This document shows positions 1-12,905 of a stretch of DNA of 64,000 nucleotides, in pieces. The translations under genes were made by a program, and so were the position numbers. Origin of the DNA: Tubulanus polymorphus (taxonomy: Eukaryota; Animalia; Nemertea). The DNA lies in the NCBI RefSeq assembly GCF_964204645.1, contig NW_027437449.1, forward strand, positions 1-64,000, given 5' to 3'. Under the pieces are notes generated by a model that saw nothing but the letters and a program-made list of their open reading frames with translations, made no database searches and was not told the origin of the DNA. Position 1 is the first letter of the stretch. Each line of letters begins with the position of its first letter.

Positions 1-669
1 GAAACTGTCAAATTGATTCTGCTGCCATCATCTCTTTTAGAGACATTTGTCAAACATTACATTTCCATCCACTCTCATCCTATTCTATCCACTCCCCTCC
101 ACTCCATCCACTCCCATCCACTCTTATCCACTCCATCCACACCCATACAACTCCCATCAACTCTTATTGATAAAAAGAGATTTATTCATCTATTAAAGGT
201 TTCTTTATTCTAAATTTTCTAATAAGTTAATAACTAAACTGAAGGCAATAATTTCAAACTATTGGAGTTTGAAGAATATGTTTAAGATATCAGAATCAAG
301 GGGAAATATAAACCCTTAATTTTTTAAGCAGGGGTTTCAGTGTAATCGTTACTATGTCACTGCTATCCACTGGTTTTTACTTGAGAAACAGCGGCCCCAG
401 AAAAATATGAAAGAGTCGAGATTTTAAATGGGTCAAATATCATCATCAAACAGTAAAATAGTTTCATATAGTTTAACACGGAATTATTAAAATGTAACTA
501 AAATAATCATTTCGCTGCTCATTCATGATATTCGCGCAGACGGCTAAGATGTCGACTATATCGGGTATAATAAAGTTTTATCATCAGCTGCGATCAGCGT
601 AAACACGACAAAAATAAATAAATCAAACCCGAACAAAAACTATTTGTTATAAAACGCCGGCGATGGACT

Positions 670-708
670 GAGAGAGAGAGAGAGAGGGAGAGAGAGAGAG
701 AGAGGGGA
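670..708. repeat. (GA)n microsatellite in the engrailed intron
   Basis: Direct reading of the sequence. Confidence 0.9.
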
Positions 709-1252
709 GGTAACCCGGAGATGTCGCTTGTCAATAGGACAACTTTATCAACAACATCAGAAAGTTCTGCTCCGCTGAACAGACTATAGTCTATTAATCA
801 TGTTTGAGGTTTTTGAGGGTTTTATATTGAAGTAAAGTTTGTTTAGGTTGAGACGTGGAGTTGAATAGTTTTACCGCTGACATCCGTCCTCACATCCGCT
901 ATTGTAAAACGGGTTCAACAGAATGTTTTCAAACCCAATATAAACACGATAGAATAAAATACATTATTGAAACATCACTGGTTTAGACTGGTTTTTCTTA
1001 AAGATAGATTCAGTGTCTCTCTCCATAAATCGTGAAGTGACGAGTTGATTCGGGTTTGACACAACCGGGTTATAATATATAGAATATATCAGTCTCCAGA
1101 AACACATCTAAATCATACATTTTATACAAATAGTTTTACACAAATCATCTAGCCCCTGCCGAAATTTTGACGGACCAAATATAGTGAATATTATGTAACC
1201 ATTATTAAAACATTCCGAATCAGTATATAGATAATCGGCGCACTAGAAAAAT

Positions 1253-1396
1253 GAGAAAGATGAAATCCGTAATGTTTCCTTCAAGCTGATATTTATCGAT
1301 TGGACACATTCCTGAAGATGACTATTAGGTTATAGTCGAAACATCGAATCGATCAATTATCAGCTTTGAGGAAACTTTTCAGATTTCATCTTTCTC
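1253..1396. repeat. Imperfect inverted repeat (~50-bp arms) enclosing a hammerhead motif
   Basis: GAGAAAGATGAAATC..GTTTCCT..AAGCTGATA..ATCGAT (1253-1300) pairs with ATCGAT..TATCAGCTT..AGGAAAC..GATTTCATCTTTCTC (1348-1396). Confidence 0.85.
1308..1349 (+). ncRNA. Minimal type I hammerhead ribozyme motif (Penelope-like-element class), probably weakened
   Basis: Stem I ATTC/GAAT; core CTGAAGA (1312-1318); stem II GACTAT-taggtt-ATAGTC; GAAA; cleavage triplet AUC. Stem III reads GAAACATC rather than GAAACGTC. Confidence 0.7.
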
Positions 1397-1650
1397 CTTA
1401 TAATCAGTGAGGCGATTCTCTATATGACGAAAGGTTAGGTTTTCTGTATTAGGCCTATCTCGCCCTATAGCCGTCTTTATCGAGCTTAAATATATCATCA
1501 TTATTATAATCTGATATCATTATATCTATCTCTTTGCCACAACAAATTTGCACGATTATATATTTTCACAATGAACAGGAAAATGATAATCAAATGATGA
1601 CATAAAAATGATAAATTGTAACTCAGTGAAATATGTGTGGTATATTTTAC

Positions 1651-2323
1651 CTGATGAAGGTCGATCTGAATATCTGGTACAATAAACCCAAGCGGGCCAT
1701 AAAACACCAGCGCCTGAACCTTTCTGAGCTGGATCATCAGCTGCTCCTGCTGCTCCTGCTGCGCCTGTCCTAGGGCTTCCAGACGATCCTACACCTCCCC
1801 GGGACGAGCCGCTAATAGGTGGCGCTCGCTGCGTCGGTTCTGTACGCGTTTTTTGTAAATTTAACGGTTTTTCTTGTTGCTGTTGCTGTGGCGACAATAA
1901 CGATGATCTGTGTTGATGTTGATGATGATAATGAAGAGGAAATTGTGTATTCGGTGAAGACGATGAAAACGACCTCTTTTGCGGTTTTTTAACCGAACAT
2001 CCGAATTCCGGTTTGAGAATATTTTCGATTAGAAAATTCGTCAATTTCGGCGATTGTTCTGCGGCGGGTTCGAGCTCGGGACCTCCGTGTCCCGGTACGC
2101 GTAATAATACAACACGTGACTGTGATTTAACGTTATTGTTATGAGGGGAATGTGGATTCGAACCCGGGACTGTCTGTTCGTCCGATACTGTCGAATTGCC
2201 GTCGCTCATGTTGAAACTATCATCGTCAGTTTCTTCGCTCTTCGGGCAGATTTCATCGTTCGTTTCCTCGTCATCGCCGTCAAAACCCTGAACATCGATA
2301 TCCACATCGGTATCCGTATCCAT
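1651..2323 (-). CDS. en: Engrailed homeobox protein, coding exon 1 (homeodomain exon lies beyond position 1)
   Basis: EH1 repressor motif [15 protein letters not shown] and EH2 motif [17 protein letters not shown], followed by a phase-1 donor (G|GTAAAA at 1651/1650), the usual engrailed intron position. First ATG (MDTDTD) at 2323. Confidence 0.95.
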
Positions 2324-2390
2324 AACAACAATACCGCAGTATCCTTTAAACACAGTTTAGATTAAACCCAGCTCGCAGATAAAATAGTTT

Positions 2391-2550
2391 AAACTCCTTG
2401 GCGCAAAAACTCAGTTTTCAAAAACTCCTTGGCGCAAAAACTCAGTTTTCAAAAACTCCTTGGCGCAAAAACTCAGTTTTCAAAACTCCTTGGCGCAAAA
2501 ACTCAGTTTTCAAAAACTCCTTGACGCAAAAACTCAGTTTTCAAAAACTC
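2391..2550. repeat. 31-bp tandem repeat (~5 copies) in the probable engrailed 5' UTR
   Basis: Unit AAAACTCCTTGGCGCAAAAACTCAGTTTTCA. Confidence 0.9.
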
Positions 2551-2689
2551 GTTTGGAAAGTTTTGTAAACACTGTTTTCGATGGTCTGATATTTGACGCG
2601 CAATTTGTTAAACTAAGAAAGGACGAGATTAAACACTTTGAGCAAACACATCAACGAGAGATGAGTGGAGAATCAGTCAACAATTAACA

Positions 2690-2782
2690 ACAAGCCAATC
2701 GGCGTTAAACAGCGTTATGCGCTGACGTTATAACGTCTCGATCAACGTCAAACTAGGCGGAGTTAACGTATGACGTCACTGA
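2690..2782 (-). promoter_or_regulatory. Probable engrailed proximal promoter
   Basis: CCAAT box (GCCAATC), full CRE TGACGTCA at 2771-2778 and several ACGT half-sites, 370-460 bp upstream of the ATG. Confidence 0.45.
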
Positions 2783-2821
2783 GTAGTGGACGAATGGTAG
2801 GAGTATGTGGGTGGAGGGAGG

Positions 2822-2853
<32 letters not shown>

Positions 2854-2941
2854 AGTGATGGAGAGACAGAGAGAATGGAGGGGATATATTAAAAATCATC
2901 ATCAGTCGAGTTCAGCAGGCCGGAGCAGACCACTTAACTAT

Positions 2942-3636
<695 letters not shown>

Positions 3637-6600
3637 TTAGGTTTAGATTTTCACTGCAAGTGATGCATATTCTAGTTCATTTTAGATGTGACGCGCAGGT
3701 TTTGATATGTTTTCGAGATGAACTAAAGAACCACAGAACCAACCACTGTAGATCATAACGATCACTGTCAGTCAGAATGAGAGACTCGGGGAACCTCATA
3801 ATGATCAGCGTCAGTCAGTAGACTCCGAGAACCGTCCGATGGATGTTATTATTGTTCTGCTGCGGCTGCTATTGTGTTTTGTAACAGCAGTAAAACTTCT
3901 CTTCTCTCTCTTTCTCATTTTTGTGGTAAGAAGCAATAAACCTTGTTTTATATTGACTGACAGTTGATATTAGATTCTGAAGACACGTTTCCACGGAGAG
4001 GTCGACGTCACCAGCGTTCAGAGGCCGCGTTAAAACGCTCAATTTATAAACGTTTACGTTTAATAATACGCGTAATTGAAAGACAGTTGGCAACAATCGC
4101 GGAAGCGACGTTAGCGGAAATTGCGTATTACATTGAACGTGTCATTTGACGCCTGCGATCATAAAAATCAACTAACCGGCTGTATTGTTGCGGATGAGAG
4201 AAAGAGGATCCGGAACCGCCTGGTTTTAACTTTAACCCACGAGTTAACCCTCGACCCCCCGTCTTCGTGATTCTGGCCAATAAATAAACAAAAGTGAAAT
4301 TTAAAAAATGAATTAGTTGAAATAAAATCAAAAGTTATAATAAATAAATTATTTTAGATGCTTCAGAAAATGAAGGAACCAGCACCGAGTTTCACTGAGT
4401 TGAATTCATGATGTCGTTAGGCTTCAAGCCAGTTGTGGATACAATTCCACAGTTGTACACGTTCCACAGTTCCACACAGTTGTGGAGTCTACGCGTAAGG
4501 GTCTGATTCCTGAACATTTGTGACTAATGTATTTCTAATGAGGTTTTTATGACTGTATCTAAGACTGCCACTGACGACAGGCGGCGAAGTCGTTACATTT
4601 ATACTGAAGTCATCTCATCTTCGAGTCTCGATTTGTATTTACTGAATGTTACGTAATATTCCTAACTCAATTCAATACGAATACATCATCAACAGAGAAT
4701 GATTATCTCAAGAAATCGAGACCGTAGATCACTTCAGTAATGTAACCGTAACCCTGGCCTCGAATAATGTCCTTATAGTGTGAACGCTTAGTAACGTACT
4801 GAAATCCTAGTGTGATCGTTTCATTACACTTTCCTGGATAAATAAATAAATGAATAAAATATTGTCACTAGTGCTCCTTGAAAGTTCAATTGCTCTTCTA
4901 GAATCTACGTGTAGCCAACGCGGAATAGAACTGTTTTAAATGTGTGCTTGAACCAATCACAAGACAATGGAATTGTTATTGCTGACCTATAAATAATCTT
5001 TGAGGCAATAATGTGTGAATGTGACATCAACCCCCCCCCCTTTGCTCCCTGTCGCCCTCCTTCTTCTCTCATTACCGATAATCCAGGAAATGAAGTTCAA
5101 ACAGAAAATCGTGATCGGTAAACATTCAAATTAATCGCTAATTTTTTTGACAAATATCGCTATGAATTGAGACCTGTCACGTGTCAATCAATGTCCACAG
5201 CAGAATCAAAGTCTTAATCCTTACAAACAAGAATAACTAGTAACCGCAGGATACACACCGTGGATACACACCGTGGATACCGTGGATACCATGGATAAGA
5301 TCGTACCTTTTAACTTGTGATTTCTGCAGAATCAACAAACAGGGGCTGCATTTGCTCAAAAGTTGGTTAGGAGTTACCAGTGGATAGTTGACATAGTGAA
5401 AATTAAAAGTTCATTATTACTTTATGATATTTATCCGTCGGTTTTCTTTAACCAACTTTTCACCAGCAAACAGATCGTCAAAATCTTAGAATCCAATGAT
5501 TTGTAGGCTATTTGAGACACGGGCAATTGATGAACTAGAAATGATTCGAGTATTAGATAAATCGCTGATTGAGCATTTCACATAATATAATCGTCACAAG
5601 CTTTTCACATTTCTCTCCGAGTCGGCTTCAAACAGTTGGTCACTGAAGCCCAGTTGCACAGTTACACTCATCGCACGGATTTAAAACACTGCAAAATGTT
5701 ACTAATTTAAGTATTGAAAAATGGGCCCAGGAAAATGGACTGGCCGTCGTTAAAGGGTCGCGTCGCGTCGCGCCGCGCGCCGTCTGGTCAATTCATCAAT
5801 AAACACAAACACTTCACTAAATGATAGTCTCTGCTTTCGGTTATGATAAACGATCACAACAACAGACAGCTCTCATTATAGGGCATGAGTTCATTATCAG
5901 AGCCGTTCTATCCTAGTCGTCATTATAGAACAGCCTGCGGCAATAGAGTAAACATCGTGTATGACCGCGGTCAAATTAGCCGCCGGTCTAAAACTGGTCA
6001 TAAACCGCGTGTGGACGCATCACGAAGATGATACGTCATTAGTCAAAATTTTGTGACACAGCGAGTTTAATGAGTATCAGAGGCGTGACGTCGGCCGCTG
6101 AGCCGTCAGTCCCAGTCCTCGCTAAACATCTGTGCTCTCTCAAAAATCCCGTTCGATCAGAGAGGTCTCTAGGTTTGAGTCAGAATATCTCTTTTTCTAA
6201 GTCCAGCTGGAAAATAATTATCTCGACAACCAAATCAGAGATGACATCCGTTCACATCAATTTCTCAATGTTCGGCCAATTTATCTCCTTAGAATTTATC
6301 CTCGCGGCAATTTTCGCGAAGCGGGCTTTTCTAAGATTGCTGGTCCAAGTCTTTTGAATGCAATTCCTGAGTCAAGTTAAATCTTGTCTCACATTCGAAT
6401 CTTTTAAATCAAATCTTAACATATCTTTCAAACGCACCTTTCCCATGATCTCATTATTATTGAATTGTGCCCGTTTTTACTGTTCGCTGTTGCGGGCGGG
6501 CTCGAGTCTTCGTCGCCAAGCGCCGACTGATATAGATTATGCTTTCAAAAATAGATTTGTCGTAATAATTTAGTAGAAACAAACTGAGAGATAGTCTGAC

Positions 6601-6953
6601 GATAAGTTTATCATTTATAAAAATTCTTTAAGAATGAATCACATCTATAATAAGCCGGAGATGGGCGGGAGGCGACCAGATCAGGGAGGCGGGGACGACT
6701 CCGAGTGGTCTACTAGGACTAAAGACTGCGCTCCGGACAGAAAATAAGGAGCTCGCGGTGCAAGCCGCGGTAGACTGTCAGACCGCTCCGAGTTTACAAT
6801 CTCTGCAGATTGCACTGTATTACCGCGGCGAGTTTTATCTCGCTCTCAGTCAGTATCTGTTGAGCGCGCGCTATGAGCGCAGCAGGTACAGGGTATCTAA
6901 CTCACGTGCCGCAGTAGTAGGATTCAATTAAAATTAAAATTGATTGAACGAAG

Positions 6954-8836
6954 ATGACAGAAGTGAAAACACTGATGAAATGCGTCGATTTCGCGGCTAA
7001 AAAACACAAATTTCAAAAACGCAAAGATCCAGAGAGGACACCGTATATAAATCATCCTATCGGTGTGTATCGCTTCACCCCCGGGGCCGGGCGGGGGTTA
7101 GTTAGTTACCTAATCGTTGGTGGTAAGCTTTTATAATCGGATGGGCTTATACCAAGGGCTTATATGTGGTTTGTGAAAATATCCGATCGTGAAACTAAAC
7201 CACAGACAGGTTACTGACTAGGCCGACCCTAGCCCGCGGGGCTGCTCTTTTTTAGGATCTAACCTCTTTCGCTCTTCAAAGACAAAATGTCAATCTATTT
7301 CTAGGCGTTGCTAATATTTTGACAGAGGAAGCTAAAATCGATGACATTGTTATAATACAGGTTAGTTCTAATACGAGGGGTAAACAATATGAAAAAGGTT
7401 TCGCTGGGGCCCCGAGAGAGGCTGCGGGGCACCCCCGCGGGCATGCTCTAGGTAGTGGGAAACCCGGACCACTGCTCCAACGAGGGTTGAGAGATATATA
7501 TTTAGTCTCCTGCTCATTTTAGGCTGCTTTATTACACGATACTGTCGAAGATACAGAGACAACATTTGAAGAACTTGAAGCAACATTTGGCAAAGAAGTG
7601 ACAGGTTAGTACCACCTTAGTTAGTTACCTAATCGTTGGTAGTAAGCTTTTTATAATCGGATGAGCTTATACCAAGGGCTTATATGTGGTTTGTGAAAAT
7701 ATCCAATCGTGAAACTAAACCACAGACAGGTTACTGACTAATGTCTATTTCAACCTGACTTGAGAGTATTCCTGTTGGCCTAGCTCAGTCAGTTTTGGTA
7801 GTACATACCTGATAGAAGTCTTATCAGGACCAGAAAGGACAGGCAGTCGACCTAAAATATCGTTTTTTAATCCACTTTTAACTGTATTGAAGGATATCCA
7901 AAAAGTCTTCATTGAATGGGGTTCCTGAGAGAAAAGAGACTCCATGATTTGAAAGTTTAACAATATGTCTCCATGCCTACCAACTGAAGTTTGGTACGAA
8001 GGCATGGAAACATATTGTTAAACTTTCAAATCATGGAGTCACATCTCTTCATTTAACCCCTTTCAGTGAAGACTTTTTGGATATCCTTCAATACAGTTTA
8101 AAATGGATTAAAAAATGATGATTTAGGTCGACTGCCCGTCCTTTCTGGCCCTATTAAGACCTTTATCAGGTATGTATTACCAAAACTGAGTGAGCTAGGC
8201 CACCTGGAATGCTCTCAAGTTAAGTTGAAATAGACATTAGTGTGACCAGTCACAATGATTTAGGTCGACTGCCAGTGCTTTCTGGTCCTATTTAGACTTC
8301 TATCAGGTATGTACTACTAAAACTGACCGAGCTAGGCCTGAGAGAGGAGGGGGGCGTCCAGAGAGGGCGTCCCCAGGGAGAGAGAGGGCGTCCAGAGAGG
8401 GGGTTTCCAGGGAGAGAGGGGGCATCCAGGGAGAGAGGGGGGCATCCATGGAGAGAGAGGGGCATCCAGGGAGAGGACAGAAGGAGGATGTATATTTTAG
8501 GGGTGTATAAGATGTTGATATTTAATGATGTATGAATTTATTTCAGATATTGTTCGTGAAGTAACTGATGATAAAAGTTTACCTTCTGTTCAACGAAAAC
8601 AGTTACAAATAGAACACGCGGTGAACGCGAGTCGAGCGGCTAAACTCGTTAAACTCGCTGATAAACTCTATAATCTACGAGATTTAAACCGGGTTTCCCC
8701 GAGAGGATGGACGCCTCAACGGATTCACGATTACTTTGTGTGGGCGTCGAAGGTGGTCAACGGTTGCCGTGGAACTAACTCTTATTTAGAAACATCACTC
8801 GATCAATTATTTAAACAGAGACAAATTATACTGTAA
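6954..8836 (+). CDS. HDDC3: HD-domain ppGpp/NADPH hydrolase MESH1; exons 6954-7062, 7305-7360, 7523-7604, 8547-8836
   Basis: Spliced product contains FAAKKHKFQKRKDPERTPYINHPIGVA, AALLHDTVEDT (HD motif), EVTDDKSL and KLADKLYNLRDL. All junctions are GT-AG and in frame. Confidence 0.95.
7097..7220 (+). repeat. ~124-bp intronic element, copy 1 (copy 2 at 7617-7740)
   Basis: Near-identical sequence TTAGTTAGTTACCTAATCG...CACAGACAGGTTACTGACTA in HDDC3 introns 1 and 3. Confidence 0.9.
7737..8241. mobile_element. Fold-back MITE with ~185-bp imperfect TIRs
   Basis: Ends ACTAATGTCTATTTCAAC / GTTGAAATAGACATTAGT. Partial arm at 8255-8338, internally deleted copy at 20723-20994, decayed piece at ~22555-22680. 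Confidence 0.85.
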
Positions 8837-10099
8837 ACTTGATAAATTACAGTGTAAACTTGATAAATTACACTGTATAATCTCAATGAATTATACTGGG
8901 TTACTGTGCAATAATCAGAATGAAATTACAATTTTTCTTTTAATTGTTAATCTGTTTTTTCCTGGTGGCAGGATCGGCTGTTTGTAAACTCCCTCAATCT
9001 AGTGAACTAACCCTCTCCACTTGACACAGTGAACTATCTGTGTAAAGTACCAGGGCCTATTGCAGTCAGGACTTAGATTCTAAAACCAATCAAACATCTA
9101 GACAACAAGGAGAGGAATCCCAAAAGTCTGGCAAAATATGGAGTCAGTCGTATGAGTTATGACAAATAAAAAGAAAAACTGTTGAAAAACAAGCCAGGAA
9201 CAGAAACAAAGTCTTTATCAAATCCTGAATCCAAAAACACAATAAAACAGTTTGTATATTTTTATATATGGTATTTATTTATACACAAGCAATGATTATC
9301 ACTGAAGTCCAATCCGGTTTCATCCGGTCTGGACCGGTTTCATCCGGTCTGGACCGGTTTCATCCGGTCTGTCACGTGTGAAATATCGATCTGTTTATAA
9401 TACAAGGAGAAAATACAAATAAAGTGTCGAATACCACGAGTGAAACGGACAATAATGGCCGCCTCCACTGTCATCACCCTATGACATCATCAAATACTTT
9501 AAAATAGCGATTACACATCGTTAACAAATAACTTATAAAACAAAAGCTTCTTAAAGATCACCGATAGTGATGTCATAAGAGGATCTAGTGCGAGCGGCCA
9601 TTTTGTTTCCCGAAAACGAACATTACTTTATCTTAGTTAAAAACATCGAGAGTCTGAACGCACACTTTTATTGATCAATATTATTAATTAATTAATTAAT
9701 AATTATCTACAAAAATTGTCTCATCATCATAATTATAATCATCATCGTAAAACCTTGTTTTTATAAATATTAATATTAATATCTATAAATCCTGATTTTT
9801 ATTACGTTGAAAATTAATATTTTCAAACATTATAAAATCAATAAACAGAATTCGTAGGTTTGCATTTTTTTTAAATTCGGAAAACTGTCAGAAATTGTTA
9901 GAAAATTGTTATATTTTTTCGGGATATTTTACTTTTCTTAGAAGAGTCACATTTTTAGGCAGTTTATCGTACACAGGGAAAGGAGGTAGGGGGCGCTGGG
10001 AGTAAATAATGAGTCGAGTTCACAATTTGTGGTTTATCTTTAAACCTGCATAAATTACTGGTTGTAAGAAAATAAATCTATAGCATAGAAACAAGAGTC

Positions 10100-10370
10100 C
10101 CGAGTGACCCCCTCAGAGAGGAGATCCCGTCGTTACAGAGAGGAGATCCCCTGCTAACAAAGAGGAGATTCCCCTCCTTACAGATAGGAGACCCCCTCCT
10201 TACAGATAGGAGACCCCCTGCTAACAGATAGGAGATCCCCTCCTTACAGATAGGAGACCCCCTTACAGAGAGGAGACCCCTCCTTACAGAGATCCCCACC
10301 TTACAGATAGGAGACCCCCTGCTAACAGAGAGGAGATCCCCCATCTTACAGAGGAGACCCCCTGCTAACA
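10100..10370. repeat. ~20-22-bp minisatellite (ACAGAGAGGAGAYCCCC..)
   Basis: Direct reading. Confidence 0.85.
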
Positions 10371-10499
10371 GAGTGTTACAATCACTGGTATCCAAGTTTA
10401 GCAAGGCCTGACGTCGCTAACTCATGACAATCTTCTCATTTTCAATCGTCGAATAATTCAGTTAAATTATGATTAACTTTTTCATTGTCAATGACTCGA

Positions 10500-10697
10500 A
10501 TAATTCAATAAGAATCCCGAACCCGGGGGTTTATATCGATCTCAGGACCTGTGTCTCATGTAAATAATTCAATAAGAATCCCGAACCCGGGGGTTTATAT
10601 CGATCTCAGGACCTGTGTCTCATGTAAATAATTCAATAAGAATCCCGAACCCGGGGGTTTATATCGATCTCAGGACCTGTGTCTCATGTAAATAATT
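10500..10697. repeat. 62-bp tandem repeat x3
   Basis: Unit ATAATTCAATAAGAATCCCGAACCCGGGGGTTTATATCGATCTCAGGACCTGTGTCTCATGTAA, read directly. Confidence 0.85.
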
Positions 10698-11111
10698 ATG
10701 AGTTTGACCTAACACCACAAATATTCTTCCCAAAAATCCAAATCTTATTCATATTTAAAAACGAAACGATGTTTTTCAACTGCTCAGCAGACGTGAGGTC
10801 ACTCGCGATCAGTGGAATATTTTAATCAGGTTTTCAGAAACCCAGTTCAAAACCAGCGAAACAATTCCACATCAAAAATAAAATGTTTTTTTTTTTTGTT
10901 GAAAATTCAGTCGCTTTTTTCTATAAATTATATCGATTTCGAATTCATTGAAAGTTTTTTACGCAAGTTTCCCGACTAGAAACGCCCCTCGCGCGCGAGC
11001 GGGGAATCCCCGGGAAATCCCTCGCGAGTGCGCGTAGAATCACCCGGGGAATCCCCATACATGTGCGGGGGAATCCCCAGGAACCCCGGCACGTGAGGAG
11101 GAACTCCGCGA

Positions 11112-12546
11112 TCAATCGCTGTCGCTACCGCAACTGTTTCCGTCTAAAAGCTGCGCAAATTTGTTTGAAACACTGAAATCCTAAAAAAAAAAAGATAATG
11201 ATTTGTTATGAATTTAAATGTTGATCTCAATTTCCACATTTTCATTTCATTAATTTTCACCTTTGCTTTAGTTCCCTCATATTTAGGCATTTCATCTATA
11301 GATTTAGGCAGAGGTCTTTCCTTCCTACAACAACACATATCATTCAATTAGTCCAACGACATCGAATAATTTGAAAAACTCATTACTAAACGAACCTTTG
11401 TTTTGGAGGTGGTGCGGTATTATTACTGGCCGATCCACCGCGGGCCCACGCCCCGCGCCCACGAGGTGCCCGACCACCATCTCTATGATACTCACGAGTA
11501 TCGTTATCAGAATCTGTATGAAATAAAGACTTTTTAGAGTCGATAAACTAGTGAGTTATTGACTATACAGAAGACTCTCGGGAGTCAATCTTACCTCGTT
11601 TATTCCACGCTGATTTATTTCTGTTATCAAGGTCACGTGATTTCGACCCCCAAGCGTTGTCGCGTTCACCGCGAGTCCACGCATTCTGTTGCCCTGTTTT
11701 AGTGTTTTCCGCAGTCCCCGCCGACGGCTGAAACATTTTGAAATCGAATTCCTAAAACATTATCTCAACAATAGAAATCGTTTTAAATCGAAATTCAAAT
11801 TTTACCGGTGTTTCTGATTTTGATTGTTGCGGCGTGTGTTGAGGTGGCGCCGCCTGTTGGGAATTGGGTGAAACGGTCTGCTGCTGGGAACTAGGCGACA
11901 CTGTTTTACGTTTGGTCCATGGATTCTCAGCAGGTGGCGGTGCTGGTACCAGAACGGTCTCTTCTTTCCGCGACGGAGCTTGTCGCGCCGATGATTTATT
12001 CGAGTCTTCTGATTGGTGGACACCGTCGACGTCCGAATGATTTGAATTTTCGCTGTCTTTCCGTCGACCAACTGTCAATACACAATACAATACACAATAC
12101 ATTTACAATACACTTTGTCAATACAATTATGAAAATCATGGAATAAGTTTGTTCGAATTTCTAAAACAAAATATAAATAATATTGAAGTAAGTGTGAATA
12201 TAGTGAAGAAAAAATAATAATAGTTCAACAGTCAGTTTACACTCGGTCTAGACTCTAGTCTAGATTTAAACCAGGTTTAGATAAGTTAATATCTGAACTA
12301 GAACCGGACTTAAGATTCTCAGTGTTCTCCTACGCTGGTATTTTAACGGGGCTGTTGTACAGTGTCGTAGCAAGGCTTTCAATCTCCCCAAAATACAGAA
12401 AATCAGCGCAATTTTGGTGTAGTCTTCTATCTCTGGTAGGGGCAGAAGATATTTTATAAGGAGTGGTTGATTTTCAGAGGGGTCGTGGTGGTGGCCGCCT
12501 CTACAGCCGAGAACACTGATTGTGAGTGTGATTGATCTGGTTTTTT

Positions 12547-12580
<34 letters not shown>

Positions 12581-12839
12581 GCAGCCGCAGCAGTAACAGG
12601 TGACTAGACACAATTAGCAACTAAAAATATGAACATTAAAAGTTGCTTTAGAGTGACCGATACCTGGACGCAATACGCCCTTCCCATAACCCATCTGTCT
12701 ACCTCCTCGGTCCGACACAGGAGAATTATCACGGTTACCACGACGACGTTCTTCATGGCGACGAATTTCCTCCTGATAGTCCTCGTCCAAACGGATATCT
12801 CGAGATGAAAAACTGAAAAATATCGAAATATATAAACAA

Positions 12840-12905
<66 letters not shown>

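Noticed and set aside
12550-12905. (CAG)n runs as polyQ/polyA coding
   Set aside because: They lie in eIF4B introns flanking the ~12703-12812 exon.
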